DNA of 50,842 bases from a bacterium (GTDB lineage Bacteria; Zhuqueibacterota; Zhuqueibacteria; Oceanimicrobiales; Oceanimicrobiaceae): NCBI GenBank assembly GCA_046757165.1, contig JBHHXT010000012.1:1-50842 (forward strand), read 5' to 3'. Under the pieces are notes generated by a model. That model worked only from the letters and a program-made list of their open reading frames with translations, had not been told where the DNA came from and did not search any database. Both the position numbers and the translations under genes were made by a program. This document shows positions 37,800-48,209 of the stretch, piece after piece. Positions within the stretch are counted from its first letter, which is position 1. Each line of letters starts with the position of its first letter.

Positions 37800-39179
37800 G
37801 TGATAGGTAGACAGGCTTGTTTCTTTGTTACGGGCCAGGTTTTTGTACTCCTGGTCTTCATTTTTTCCAGCGAGGCCCTCTGTCAGGACCCTCCTGGCAT
37901 CTCAGCCGCGACATACGCAAGACGGAGAGCGGCCGTGTTGGAGATGATGCCCGACAGCTCCGTGGCAATCTTCCATGCCGCAGCAAGCAAAACCCGCTTG
38001 AACGATGTCGAGTATGAGTACCGCCAGGAAAACAACCTATTCTATTTGACCGGCTTGAGAGACCCCAATACGGCGCTGATTCTGGTCAGAGGCGGTGTCG
38101 AAATCGATGGTCAGGCCTCGCAGGAAATCATATTTGTGCCGGAAAAGACTCCCTCGTGGGCCCGCCTCGAGGGCAGGATGGTCACCGCTGAAGAGGCGGG
38201 AACCATCGCTGGCCTCGCCACGGTCAAGAGCTACGCTGAGTTTAGAGAGACGGTGATGCGTGTGCTGAGCGGAAAAAAGACGGCGTTCTACGCCTATCCC
38301 GTCGAGTTTCTGCACGACCGTCTCACCGGCAAGCGATATTTTATCTCGGACCAGGCGAGAGAATCCCTGAGAGAAGAATATCCCGCCCTGGAGGTGAAAT
38401 CTCCGAATCGGTTTCTGATGAAACTGAGGCAGATCAAGTCGGAAGAGGAGGTGGTTTTGCTGCAGAAGGCCATCGACATCACCTGTGAGGCGCATCTCGA
38501 AGCGATGCGCCGCGCCACGCCCGGGATGTATGAATATCAGCTCGAGGCGGTCATCGAATATGTTTTCAAGCATCTGGGCGCCGAGTCTCCTGCGTTCCCA
38601 TCTATTGTCGGCTCAGGGCCAAACTCGACGGTGTTGCACCACTGGAAGAACCGCCGCCAGACGGCAGACGGCGATCTGGTGGTGGTCGACATCGGGGCAG
38701 AGTACAGCGGCTATGCGGCCGACGTTACGCGCACGATTCCGGTCAATGGCAGATTTTCCCCTGAGCAGCGCAAGATTTATGAAATTGTCCTGCGCGCACA
38801 AAACGCCGCCCTCTCGGCAGTCAAGCCCGGTGTGCCATTCGGTGAGATCCACCGGGTGGCCAGGAAAATTATCGAAGATGCCGGGTATGGCGCCTATTTC
38901 AAGCATGGCACCAGCCATTATCTCGGTCTCGATACCCACGATGCCGGCGACCACGGTCCGTTGCAGCCGGGCATGGTGATAACGGTCGAGCCCGGCATCT
39001 ACATCCGACAGGGCGCACTTCTCGACCACGCCTACTGGAACATCGGCGTCCGCATCGAAGATGATGTGCTCGTCACCGACGATGGGCACCAGCTCCTCTC
39101 TGAAAAAGCACCGCGCGAGATGGCCGCCATCGAGCAGCTCATGCGCCAGGAGGGCAAGTGGACGATCAGCATCGATTGA
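37800..39179 (+). CDS. pepP: Xaa-Pro aminopeptidase (M24B) with an N-terminal signal-like segment
   Basis: YRQENNLFYLTG, DIGAEY..YAADVTRT, HYLGLDTHD, TVEPGIY and GVRIEDD motifs. Confidence 0.93.
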   Translation: MIGRQACFFVTGQVFVLLVFIFSSEALCQDPPGISAATYARRRAAVLEMMPDSSVAIFHAAASKTRLNDVEYEYRQENNLFYLTGLRDPNTALILVRGGVEIDGQASQEIIFVPEKTPSWARLEGRMVTAEEAGTIAGLATVKSYAEFRETVMRVLSGKKTAFYAYPVEFLHDRLTGKRYFISDQARESLREEYPALEVKSPNRFLMKLRQIKSEEEVVLLQKAIDITCEAHLEAMRRATPGMYEYQLEAVIEYVFKHLGAESPAFPSIVGSGPNSTVLHHWKNRRQTADGDLVVVDIGAEYSGYAADVTRTIPVNGRFSPEQRKIYEIVLRAQNAALSAVKPGVPFGEIHRVARKIIEDAGYGAYFKHGTSHYLGLDTHDAGDHGPLQPGMVITVEPGIYIRQGALLDHAYWNIGVRIEDDVLVTDDGHQLLSEKAPREMAAIEQLMRQEGKWTISID

Positions 39180-39242
39180 GCGGGCAGGAATATTTTGCAA
39201 AACCGCTCTGTTCTAAAAGATGAACCGCTAAGGAGTGAGCTG

Positions 39243-39656
39243 ATGAGCCTGTTCGTTGGAAAAATCACGAGAATCGCCATCGGGATTGTCCTGCTGTCCA
39301 CTCAATCTCTGTTTTCTCAAGATCAGAGCGAGCCGCCGGAAACGGTGAACGACGCCAGACCGAAACTAGAGACAGAGACGCGCAGCATTCCCCCCTCCTT
39401 TGTCACGGTGCTCGGCAAGCAGGCCAAACCGCTCTCATCGCCTGACCTGACACTTGAAAAGACGGCGGATCCGGAACTGACAACTTCCTTGTTGGATTAC
39501 AGAGTGCCGTTTTCGATCCTTTTCAAGTACAATACCTCGCCCAGCAATCCGGACCATCATTGCTATGAAATCCGCAAACCTTTGACCCGGAACTATACGT
39601 TTCTATTCAATTTCTTGTCCACGCAACAGTACAATTTGAGTGCTTCATTGAAGTAA
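39243..39656 (+). CDS. Hypothetical exported protein
   Basis: AAGGAG SD, signal-like N-terminus, followed by a terminator. Confidence 0.55.
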   Translation: MSLFVGKITRIAIGIVLLSTQSLFSQDQSEPPETVNDARPKLETETRSIPPSFVTVLGKQAKPLSSPDLTLEKTADPELTTSLLDYRVPFSILFKYNTSPSNPDHHCYEIRKPLTRNYTFLFNFLSTQQYNLSASLK

Positions 39657-39686
39657 CTCGTGCTTGCGTTTCATGGTATCCTCCTG

Positions 39687-39720
39687 AAGGCCCCGCGCGA
39701 CAGCGGGGCCTTTCTTATTT
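39687..39720 (+). terminator. Intrinsic terminator
   Basis: AAGGCCCCGC-GCGACA-GCGGGGCCTT followed by TCTTATTT. Confidence 0.85.
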
Positions 39721-39748
39721 CATCTGCATCAGCCTGTTCAAAAACTCG

Positions 39749-39777
39749 TTGACAATCGCGTTCAGCATTAATATACT
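39749..39777 (+). promoter_or_regulatory. sigma70 promoter
   Basis: TTGACA-17 nt-TATACT. Confidence 0.85.
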
Positions 39778-39829
39778 TAGTACTGTTTTTCAGTGCCTAC
39801 AGCCTAACCACCTTCGGAGTGAGAATCGA

Positions 39830-40699
39830 ATGCAGATCGGATTTGTCGGACTCGGTATCATGGGACGCGCCATGTCTCTGAACTTGCTCAACGCAGGGTT
39901 TGCCCTGACCGTCTGGAACCGTACCACCCAAAAGACGCGGCCGTTGAGCGAGGCTGGCGCGCGTGTCGCGGGAAGCCTGGCGACCCTTGCCGAACACACA
40001 GATGTGATCATCACGATGCTGAATGACACCTCCGATGTCGAGGAGGTCATTTTTGGAGATCAAGGGCTGATCACCGGGCTGAGCCAGAAAAAAATCGTCA
40101 TCGATATGAGCACGATTTCCCCGGATGCCACTGAGCAAATTGCCCGACGACTGCAGGATGTCGGCTGTGAGATGCTGGATGCACCGGTCTCGGGCGGGGA
40201 TATCGGCGCCCGAAACGCCACCCTGACGATCATGATTGGCGGCAAAAGGAAAGTCTTCGAAAAGATGCTGCCGGTGTTACAGGCCATGGGAAAGAACATC
40301 ACGCTTTGCGGCGGCCATGGTGACGGCCAGCGCGTGAAGATGGTCAACCAGGTGCTGTGCGGGTTGCACACGGTCGCTCTCTCCGAAGCATTCGTGCTCG
40401 CCGAAAAAGTTGGACTTGACCTCGAAATCATGCACAAAGTGGTGTCGAGCGGTGCGGCCGGCTCATGGGCGTTGGACAATTATGGTCCGAGACTTTTGCA
40501 AGGCGATTTGGCCCCGGGGTTCAAGCTCGGCATGCAGCAAAAGGACCTGCGCATCGCCAACGAAACTGCGCAGCGATTTGGTGATGAGTTTCGTGGCATC
40601 GAGCTGGCGTACTCGTTGTTCACAGAAGCGAAGGCAAAGGGGTGGGGGGAGCTTGGTGCGCATGCTCTGTTAAAGCTCTATTCAAAAGGAAAGTCGTGA
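39830..40699 (+). CDS. NAD(P)-dependent beta-hydroxyacid dehydrogenase (GarR/GlxR/MmsB family)
   Basis: IGFVGLGIMG, DAPVSGG, KMVNQ and QKDL motifs. Confidence 0.9.
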   Translation: MQIGFVGLGIMGRAMSLNLLNAGFALTVWNRTTQKTRPLSEAGARVAGSLATLAEHTDVIITMLNDTSDVEEVIFGDQGLITGLSQKKIVIDMSTISPDATEQIARRLQDVGCEMLDAPVSGGDIGARNATLTIMIGGKRKVFEKMLPVLQAMGKNITLCGGHGDGQRVKMVNQVLCGLHTVALSEAFVLAEKVGLDLEIMHKVVSSGAAGSWALDNYGPRLLQGDLAPGFKLGMQQKDLRIANETAQRFGDEFRGIELAYSLFTEAKAKGWGELGAHALLKLYSKGKS

Positions 40700-41106
40700 C
40701 CAAAACCGGCACAGGTCGCTTGAAGGTCAGAAAAGCTCAGTTACAACTTTATCTCGTTTTGTTGTTGTCTCTTTCAATTACCGCCATTTTCTTGTTGCCG
40801 TTTTGCAATTGGATGTACAAATGCGGCTGCGCCGTTCTCTGGGGTGGCGGCGCGGATTTGTGCAACGTCCACCGACCCGGCGTGCCTCACTGTCCCTGGT
40901 GTGTGGCACGGAAGCCAGCGTTGATGGCCGCGCATTTCATCGCGCTTTTTGCCGGCCAGGCCGGCGCCATTTATGCCTTCAGAAAGAAATACGGGCTGGC
41001 GGAGGTCTGGCTCCTGGTGGCCGGCGTGCTGGTCTTTTGCGGGCTGGCGGTTGTGGATGGATTCATTTTCAAAACCCTGGACAGGTATCCTTATTTTTTC
41101 ATATGA
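40696..41106 (+). CDS. Small Cys-rich membrane protein (3 TM)
   Basis: GTGA overlap upstream and ATGA overlap downstream; FC..MYKCGC...W...CNVH....HCPWC. Confidence 0.72.
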   Translation: MTKTGTGRLKVRKAQLQLYLVLLLSLSITAIFLLPFCNWMYKCGCAVLWGGGADLCNVHRPGVPHCPWCVARKPALMAAHFIALFAGQAGAIYAFRKKYGLAEVWLLVAGVLVFCGLAVVDGFIFKTLDRYPYFFI

Positions 41107-42494
41107 GCTCTCACAATCCGAAAACTCGCAAAGAGCGCCTTGTGGTCGTCGGTGGGTGCGCGGCCGGCATGAGCGCGGCAAGCAAAGCCAGGCGGTTGCG
41201 CCCGGAGATGGAGGTGGTGGCGCTGGAGAAAACGCCGCACGTCTCATACAGCGCTTGCGGCATCCCCTATTATGTGGCAGACTTCGTCCGGCAACCGTCG
41301 GATCTGGTGACGGTCACGCCGGAGGAGTTTCGGTCGAAACGCAACATCGCTGTGTTCACACGCCATGAGGTGGTGGACATCAAGCCCGTGCAACGACAGG
41401 TCACGGCGGTTGAGATGGAGACAAACAAAGAGATGTGCTGGCACTACGACCGGCTGCTCATTTCGGTCGGTGGTCTGCCGAACCGGCCTGACATCCCCGG
41501 CATCGACCTGCAGAACATTTTCACCATTCAGACCCTGCAGGACGGCATCCGGATCAAGCAGTTGATTGATGAGCGCAGACCGAAGCGGGTCGCCATTGTT
41601 GGGGGTGGGTACATTGCGATGGAAATGGCGGAGGCTTGCCGGGTGCGAGGCTTGCAGGTCAACCTCCTGGAGAAACGGCGCCAGATTCTTTTGACATTTG
41701 AAGAGAACATTGTCGAGGCCGTGCGCGCAGAGTTGTCACGGAACCAGGTGACCGTGCAGACGCAAGCTCAAATCGTGCGGTTTGCACCAAATGGGCTCAA
41801 CGAGGTCACACAGGTCTTGTTGGCTGGCACGGAGGAAGCTTTGCCGGTTGATTTCGTTCTGGTATGTGCGGGATTGGCGCCGAATACCCGTCTGGCAGAG
41901 ATCGCCGGCGTCCGGCCGGGGAAGACCGGCGCTATTGGAGTCGATTGGAAGATGCAAACCAGCGTGCCCAATATCTACGCGGCTGGCGACTGTGTGGAGG
42001 TCAAGAATTTGGTCTCGGGCAAGCCGGACTACATTCCCCTTGGTCCCACGGCCAACAAGCAGGGCAGAGTAGCGGGGGAGAATATCGGCGGCGGTACGGC
42101 CATTTTCCGGGGCGTCGCCGGCACCTCAGTTTTCAAGACCTTCGAGCTCGAGGTCGCCAGGACCGGTCTTTGCGCACGGCAGGCCAGAAGTCACAGCCTC
42201 GATGTCGACATGGTGACGATTACTGAGAGATCAAAGGCCGGGTACTACCCGGGCGCTCAGCCCATGACCGTTTGCGTCGTCTTCGACAGGCGGTCGGGCC
42301 GGCTGCTGGGTGCGCAGATGGTCGGCAGGGAGGGGGTGAGCAAACGCATCGATGTTTTTGCCGCGGCGCTCCTGAACAAAATGACGCTGGAGGATCTGGC
42401 ATCTTTGGATTTGAGCTACGCCCCGCCGTTTGCCCCGGTGTGGGACCCGGTTCTCGTGGCGGTGAATGTGGCACGCGGGAAGCTGCATCGGTGA
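41103..42494 (+). CDS. CoA-disulfide reductase / NADH oxidase family flavoprotein
   Basis: VVGGCAAG, SYSACG (redox Cys), GGGYIA, YAAGDC and SYAPPF motifs. Confidence 0.9.
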   Translation: MSSHNPKTRKERLVVVGGCAAGMSAASKARRLRPEMEVVALEKTPHVSYSACGIPYYVADFVRQPSDLVTVTPEEFRSKRNIAVFTRHEVVDIKPVQRQVTAVEMETNKEMCWHYDRLLISVGGLPNRPDIPGIDLQNIFTIQTLQDGIRIKQLIDERRPKRVAIVGGGYIAMEMAEACRVRGLQVNLLEKRRQILLTFEENIVEAVRAELSRNQVTVQTQAQIVRFAPNGLNEVTQVLLAGTEEALPVDFVLVCAGLAPNTRLAEIAGVRPGKTGAIGVDWKMQTSVPNIYAAGDCVEVKNLVSGKPDYIPLGPTANKQGRVAGENIGGGTAIFRGVAGTSVFKTFELEVARTGLCARQARSHSLDVDMVTITERSKAGYYPGAQPMTVCVVFDRRSGRLLGAQMVGREGVSKRIDVFAAALLNKMTLEDLASLDLSYAPPFAPVWDPVLVAVNVARGKLHR

Positions 42495-42580
42495 TTCATT
42501 GAGGTTTCGGGCTTCACAAAACGCGGGTATCCAGACAGGGATGTAAGCGGTTGATTATGCATATCGTGTAGGTGATAAAT

Positions 42581-42630
42581 AGGAGTGCAACGCTTTAGCG
42601 TTGCATGCAATGCTAAAGCATTGCACTCCT
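42581..42630. repeat. REP doublet (REPIN-like) palindrome
   Basis: AGGAGTGCAACGCTTTAGCGTTGC-AT-GCAATGCTAAAGCATTGCACTCCT: two inverted hairpin units. Confidence 0.8.
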
Positions 42631-42656
42631 TGCTTGTTAACATAAAGGAGGAAAAC

Positions 42657-43832
42657 ATGGCAGACTTGAGTTTTCTCGACGATGAGCTCAACCAGCTGCA
42701 GGAGCTGGGGCTATTCAACACCATCCGTACCATTGGTACGGCCCAGGACGCCTGGATTGAAGTGGATGGCAAGCGGGTGCTGAACATGTGTGCCAACAAC
42801 TATCTGGGTTTTGCCAACCACGCGGAGCTGAAAAAAGCGGCCCGGCAGGCCATCGAGGCATTTGGGGTCGGCCCGGCGGCCGTGCGAAGTATCGCCGGCA
42901 CCATGACTTTGCACGGCGAATTGGAAGAGAAGCTGGCCAAATTCAAGAAGGTTGAGGCGGCGATTTCCTTCCAGTCCGGATTCAATTCCAACCTGGCCGC
43001 CATCCCTACGCTGATGGGGCCGGAAGACGTGATCTTTTCCGATGAGCTCAACCACGCCAGCATCATCGATGCCTGCCGTTTGACCAAAGCGAAAACCGTG
43101 CGGTTCAGCCACTGTGACGCCGGCTCCCTGGATGAGAGGCTGAAAGAATTTCAAACCGCCCGCCGCAAGCTCGTGGTCAGCGATGGCGTCTTCAGCATGG
43201 ATGGCGACATCGCGCCCATTCCTGAGCTCGTGCAGGTCGCTTCCAGATACAACGCCATGGTGATGGTTGATGATGCGCATGGCGAGGGGGTCATGGGCGA
43301 CTCCGGGCGCGGCATCGTCGACCACTTTGGCCTGCATGGCCAGGTGGATATCGAGATCGGGACCCTGTCGAAAGCATTCGGGGTGGTGGGCGGGTATGTT
43401 GCCGGCAAAAAGAAAATCGTCGATTATTTGCGCCAGCGCGCCCGGCCATTCCTGTTTTCCAGCGCGGTCACGCCTGCGGACGTCGCCGCCTGCATCAAAG
43501 CAGTCGACATTCTCACGAAATCGGGCAACCTGGTGCAGAAACTGTGGGATAATTCAAAATATTTTCAAGCGAAACTTCGCAGCCTGGGCTTCGACCTGGG
43601 CGTGACCGTCACGCCAATTACGCCGGTGATGGTCGGGGATGCGAACAAAGCGCAGGCGTTCAGCCGTGCCCTGTTCGAGAACGGTGTCTTTGGCATGGCG
43701 ATCAGCTATCCGACGGTACCGCGCGGCAAGGACCGCATCCGCGTCATGAATTCCGCCACCCACTCAAAAGATGATCTCGATTTTGCAGCCGGGGTCTTCG
43801 AGAAGGTGGGTAAAGAAGTCGGAATTATTTGA
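42657..43832 (+). CDS. kbl: Glycine C-acetyltransferase / 8-amino-7-oxononanoate synthase family
   Basis: [29 protein letters not shown] and GTLSKAFG motifs. AAGGAGG SD before ATG 42657. Confidence 0.88.
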   Translation: MADLSFLDDELNQLQELGLFNTIRTIGTAQDAWIEVDGKRVLNMCANNYLGFANHAELKKAARQAIEAFGVGPAAVRSIAGTMTLHGELEEKLAKFKKVEAAISFQSGFNSNLAAIPTLMGPEDVIFSDELNHASIIDACRLTKAKTVRFSHCDAGSLDERLKEFQTARRKLVVSDGVFSMDGDIAPIPELVQVASRYNAMVMVDDAHGEGVMGDSGRGIVDHFGLHGQVDIEIGTLSKAFGVVGGYVAGKKKIVDYLRQRARPFLFSSAVTPADVAACIKAVDILTKSGNLVQKLWDNSKYFQAKLRSLGFDLGVTVTPITPVMVGDANKAQAFSRALFENGVFGMAISYPTVPRGKDRIRVMNSATHSKDDLDFAAGVFEKVGKEVGII

Positions 43833-43914
43833 CCGACAGGCGCGGGGTCCCTGTGTATGCTCGAGTTACTGAGAAATGTTAGCACGTTACTTAATATTAT
43901 TATGAGGGAGAGCT

Positions 43915-44943
43915 ATGAAATTCTATGAAACACGAACAGTGCTCAACACCGGCTTCGCCTTTGGTTTGCTGGTTTGTGTCATTGCGAGCGGTTGGGCGCA
44001 GGGAACGGAATCGTCTTCAAAAAGTGAGCACGAAGCTGGGCAAGCCAACATTGCGACCTTCTCCATCGTCGCCGCGGATCCGGAAGCAGGGGAGGTCGGC
44101 ATTGCGGTCGCCTCCCGTTTCTTCACGGTCGGCAATGTGGTGCCGTGGGCGAAGGCTGGCGTTGGTGCGGTGGCCACGCAATCATTCGCAAATACCTCCT
44201 TTGGCTGGCGGGGCCTGGACCTGCTGCAGAAAGGCCTGACACCTGAGGAAGTCAAAACTGTCCTGTTGCGCCAGGACGACAATCCGACCCGCCGGCAGTT
44301 CGGCGTGGTGTCGGCCGACGGTCAGTCCGCAACTTACACGGGTGAGAACTGCATTGCGTGGGCAGGGGGCAGGCAAGGCACAAACTACGCGGTACAGGGG
44401 AATATTCTCGCGGGAGAGGCCGTGGTGGCTGCGATGGAGAAAACTTTTCTGCAAACCGGAGGCAATCTGGCAGGTCGACTCTACGCGGCGTTGCTCGCTG
44501 GCGACCGGGAGGGCGGTGACTCGCGCGGCAAACAGTCTGCGGCCCTGCTGGTTGTCAAGGAAGGCGCGGGCTACGGCGGCTACACGGACCGGGCTATCGA
44601 CGTCCGCGTCGACGACCATGCGGAGCCGTTCAAGGAGCTGGGCCGCATTCTGCAGATCGCTCAGATGAACTACGCCTGGAACCAGGGGTGGACGCTTTTC
44701 ACCCAAAAAAAGCCAGAAGAGGCGCTGCCACATCAGGAGCGCGCAGCCAGGCTGGCACCACAAAATGGCGAGGTCTTTTATGACCTGGCGGTGATCAGGC
44801 TCGCAGCAGGAATGAAGAAGGAAGCTCTGCAAGCGCTACAAAAGGCGGTTGAGCTCAATCCTAAACTAAAAAAACAGGCAAGCCTGGACGAAGACCTGAT
44901 GGCCTTGCGGGATGCTGCTCAATTTCAGCAGGTACTCGAGTAA
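43915..44943 (+). CDS. DUF1028-family Ntn-hydrolase-like protein with C-terminal TPR
   Basis: TFSIVA.DP, GAVATQ, QGNIL, GGDSRGKQSAAL and DVRVDDH motifs; TPR tail. Confidence 0.88.
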   Translation: MKFYETRTVLNTGFAFGLLVCVIASGWAQGTESSSKSEHEAGQANIATFSIVAADPEAGEVGIAVASRFFTVGNVVPWAKAGVGAVATQSFANTSFGWRGLDLLQKGLTPEEVKTVLLRQDDNPTRRQFGVVSADGQSATYTGENCIAWAGGRQGTNYAVQGNILAGEAVVAAMEKTFLQTGGNLAGRLYAALLAGDREGGDSRGKQSAALLVVKEGAGYGGYTDRAIDVRVDDHAEPFKELGRILQIAQMNYAWNQGWTLFTQKKPEEALPHQERAARLAPQNGEVFYDLAVIRLAAGMKKEALQALQKAVELNPKLKKQASLDEDLMALRDAAQFQQVLE

Positions 44944-45118
44944 GCAGGGCTGGGAAAGCAGGAACATTCGAAGGAAGGAGAGAGTCATTGCTCCGGGCTT
45001 GGCACTCTTGACGCCTTCCGGGAAGTGTGATAAGCGTCCTGCCGCAAGTTTTGTTTGGTTTTTTCTCAGTCTTTGCTATATTGCATGATATTTTTTATCG
45101 TCTAAAGTGGAGGTCTTC

Positions 45119-45406
45119 ATGGTCGAGAACATCGAGGACGTAAGCATCACGTATGAGGAAGACGGCATCGAGGTCGTGAAGGAGTTGGAGAAAAGAGTTC
45201 TTTCCAAGGGCGCCTGGGCCACGGTGATTTTCAAGTATCAAGATTGGGACCGGGCGAAGGAAGTGTACTCGGACGACAAATATACCATTCGACGTTACCG
45301 CAAAGTCAGCGGCGTTTACCGCCAGCAGAGCAAATTCAATATTTCCAGCAAAGCGCAAGCCTTGAAGCTGATTGAAGTTTTGCAGGAGTGGGCAGGGGTG
45401 AACTAA
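45119..45406 (+). CDS. Small hypothetical protein
   Basis: GGAGG SD; protein-like sequence (LSKGAWATVIFKYQ...RRY.K...SKFNISS). Confidence 0.78.
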   Translation: MVENIEDVSITYEEDGIEVVKELEKRVLSKGAWATVIFKYQDWDRAKEVYSDDKYTIRRYRKVSGVYRQQSKFNISSKAQALKLIEVLQEWAGVN

Positions 45407-45436
45407 GAGTCAGAGCAACGTTCAATTCTCGAACAA

Positions 45437-46864
45437 ATGCGAACAACGACCAACCCTCTCGAGCTGAACCTTTTCCGCCTATGGTCCGCGGTTCTTGTGG
45501 TGACCGTCTGCCTGTGCGGCTTGATGCCTGCATTCTCAGCATTTGCCCAGGACAACCACGGCGTGGTTTTGAGCTTGCAGCAGTGTGAAACCCTCGCGTT
45601 TGAGAACAACCCCTTGCTGGAGGATGCGCGCCAGAGCTTGCGTTTGGCCGAGGTGAAGATGCTGCAAGTCATGCATTCCAATATCCTGCCCAGATTTGAA
45701 CTGAGAAACGTTTGGGGACCGATACCGCAGCAGCGTGGCGTCTACGATAGCACGGGCGTTCTCACCTCACCCGACAAGCCAGACGAATTCAATGAACTCC
45801 GTTATTTCACTCAGGTTGACCTCCACCTGGAGCAACCCCTTTACACCTTTGGCAGGTACAGCAAGCGGAGCCAGGAGGCGCACTTCAGCGCCCAGGCTGC
45901 GCGGGCACGAGTTGAAAAACGGAAAGCGGAAACGCAGTTGCAAGTGCGGCAACTTTACTGGGGACTGGTCCTGGGGCAGGAGCTGCTGCCGGTCATCGTC
46001 AAGGCCCGCGACGACATGACGAAAGCCGAAAACAAACTGGAAGAAAAGCTCGAGGCAGGGTCGGACGAGGTCAGTCAAACCGACCTCTTCAAACTGCAGA
46101 TGTTCAAGTATGAAATCAATAAACGGCACCGGGAAGCGCTGTACAAGCTCGGACTCGCCCGTTCAAGTTTGAAAGCCGCCATCGGATTGCCGCAACAGGA
46201 CGAGTTCACGCTCGAGACCGAGTATCTCGAGCCGCTGCAGGTGGAGCTGGACAGCCTGTCGATCTATTATGATCTCGCGCTGCGCAATCGCCCGGAGCTC
46301 GCGGAGCTGCGGGCGAAAACGAACGCCCGATACGCTCGCATCGAAGTCGAGCGCAGCCAGAGGTACCCGCAATTCTTTGCCGGCGCTGAAACCAAATTCA
46401 ACTTCGCCAAAGACCGGTTCGACCCCAGGAATCCCTTTGTCAACAATTCGACCAATTATTTTCGCCCGAATCCGTTCGTGGGCGTGCGTCAGAACTTGAA
46501 CTTTGTGCGAACCCTGGACAAAATCAGACTGGCGCAAATCGAATACGAGCTGGCCGGCCAGAAGGACCAGGCGCTTGCGAAAGAAATCCTGCTGCAAGTC
46601 AAGAAAGCATACGCTCAGGTGCTGCAGGCCCGCACCAGGCTCGAGCAGAGCCGCAAAGCCCTCAAAGCAAGCGACAACTGGTTGCGCTCCGCCTCCATGA
46701 CCTTCGATATCGGTGTTGGCGAAACCAAGAACCTCATCAAAGCCTCCAGGGCGAACAGCGCGATGCAGGCAGAGCATTTTCAGAATATTTTCCTGCTCAA
46801 TACTGCGCTGGCAGAGTTGAGCCGGGTGGTGGGTAAGGATGTTTATCCGGAGGTGGGGAGGTAG
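45437..46864 (+). CDS. TolC-family outer membrane efflux protein
   Basis: LSLQQC..LA.ENNP, LP.F, QPLYTFG, AL.NRPEL; two OEP-like repeats. Confidence 0.85.
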   Translation: MRTTTNPLELNLFRLWSAVLVVTVCLCGLMPAFSAFAQDNHGVVLSLQQCETLAFENNPLLEDARQSLRLAEVKMLQVMHSNILPRFELRNVWGPIPQQRGVYDSTGVLTSPDKPDEFNELRYFTQVDLHLEQPLYTFGRYSKRSQEAHFSAQAARARVEKRKAETQLQVRQLYWGLVLGQELLPVIVKARDDMTKAENKLEEKLEAGSDEVSQTDLFKLQMFKYEINKRHREALYKLGLARSSLKAAIGLPQQDEFTLETEYLEPLQVELDSLSIYYDLALRNRPELAELRAKTNARYARIEVERSQRYPQFFAGAETKFNFAKDRFDPRNPFVNNSTNYFRPNPFVGVRQNLNFVRTLDKIRLAQIEYELAGQKDQALAKEILLQVKKAYAQVLQARTRLEQSRKALKASDNWLRSASMTFDIGVGETKNLIKASRANSAMQAEHFQNIFLLNTALAELSRVVGKDVYPEVGR

Positions 46865-46969
46865 GCAAATTCATTGACAGGAAACTCAATCTGCTCCCCA
46901 AAACACGGTCTCAAACCGTTTTCGATCGAGTAAGGATTCCCACCGTTGCACGTTTCACGTCCGCACACC

Positions 46970-47932
46970 TCACAACCCCAACCGCTCCAGTTCCTCCGCC
47001 ACTCTGAATCCGCTCCGGAGAACCTCCTGCCTGGCCTCAGATTCTCGCTGCAGTACCGGGTTGGTATGATTGAAGTGAACAAAGCGAACCTTCATGCGCT
47101 CGCTCTCAGGGAGCTCCTGAAACCGCTTCAACGTGTGCGAAATAAACGGATGCGGAAATCCAGACATATCCCGTCCGGGAATCTCACCGTTGGCGTAAAA
47201 AGTCGCATCGAGGTACGCAACCGAGACCGCGGCAATCCTGTCCTCGATGCGCGTGCCCCAACGCTCCCACTCCTCCCAGCTATCGATATCCGGAATGAAC
47301 AGCACCGAACGATTGGGACCCTCGATCTGGAAGCCGACCACCTCGGAGTATTCCTGCCGGTGCGGGACGAGAAAGGGCGTCACGCTGAGTCTTACATTAA
47401 GCTTTACTGGCTCGCCATCTTCAAGTGAAACCAGGGAGATGTTTTTGTAGCGCACCAATTGCTCCCATGGCCCATTGGATCTCAGGTACTCTTGCATGCG
47501 GGGCATGGTGTAAACGGGAATCTCATGGGCACCCAGTACCTCATGCCCGAGAAACATCAGACCCGTATAGTGCCCGATGTGGGCATGGGTGAGAAAGATG
47601 CCGGTCAGGCCGGGCTTGTCCGCCACCGGCGCCATTTCGTCCAGCCGATGCAGTTGTTCCGGAAAGTCCGGTGTTGCTTCGAACAGCCACCGTTCAGAAG
47701 ACACCGGGTCCACGACCGCCAGGCAAACCACATGTTTGCGCCGGGCCGGGTCACGCCACCCCGGATGTTTCTTCGTTCCCGCTTGCGGAACGCCCCCGTC
47801 CTGCGCGATGCCGAGCACGATCAAGAATGGATCCATTGCTGCCGTTTTGTTTTGTCCGCTTTGACCGGACACGATGTTGGGTATGATCACGGCCACGGCA
47901 AGCCCTATCGCTAGCGATATTCTACACGTCAT
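46970..47932 (-). CDS. MBL-fold metallohydrolase (PqqB-like)
   Basis: LGIAQDGGVPQ, THAHIGHY, VPHR.E.SE and HFNHTNP motifs. Start placed at ATG 47932. Confidence 0.85.
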   Translation of the reverse strand: MTCRISLAIGLAVAVIIPNIVSGQSGQNKTAAMDPFLIVLGIAQDGGVPQAGTKKHPGWRDPARRKHVVCLAVVDPVSSERWLFEATPDFPEQLHRLDEMAPVADKPGLTGIFLTHAHIGHYTGLMFLGHEVLGAHEIPVYTMPRMQEYLRSNGPWEQLVRYKNISLVSLEDGEPVKLNVRLSVTPFLVPHRQEYSEVVGFQIEGPNRSVLFIPDIDSWEEWERWGTRIEDRIAAVSVAYLDATFYANGEIPGRDMSGFPHPFISHTLKRFQELPESERMKVRFVHFNHTNPVLQRESEARQEVLRSGFRVAEELERLGL

Positions 47933-48150
47933 CCTTTGCTCTCTGTGTCTGTGTGTTGCATGCCAATGTACACAAGGCTTCATATATTGATCCACAAAAA
48001 AATCATGCGCTCTCAGCGATTTTACCATCCTGGGCAGTGGTATGAGTTTGTTGCAGGAAATATCCAAAGCAGCATCCATGAAAACCCGGTGACCTAAAAC
48101 TTGAAGGGTCGGGACGTGCGCAGTTATCTGTTTGGCCCGCCAGCGGCAGG

Positions 48151-48173
48151 AGCTTCCGGCAGAGCCGGAAGCT
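48151..48173. other. Perfect 10-bp hairpin downstream of nrdJ, no U-tract
   Basis: AGCTTCCGGC-AGA-GCCGGAAGCT. Confidence 0.55.
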
Positions 48174-48209
48174 GGCCCTTGCGAAGGTGGTTGGCAACCT
48201 GTGCTTGAA

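Noticed and set aside
39749..39829. Extended ORF-track starts (39749; also 11146, 12297, 36842, 40803, 42585, 48229)
   Set aside because: The extensions run through promoters, repeats or neighbouring genes. Downstream starts have SD motifs or stop/start overlaps and match family N-termini.
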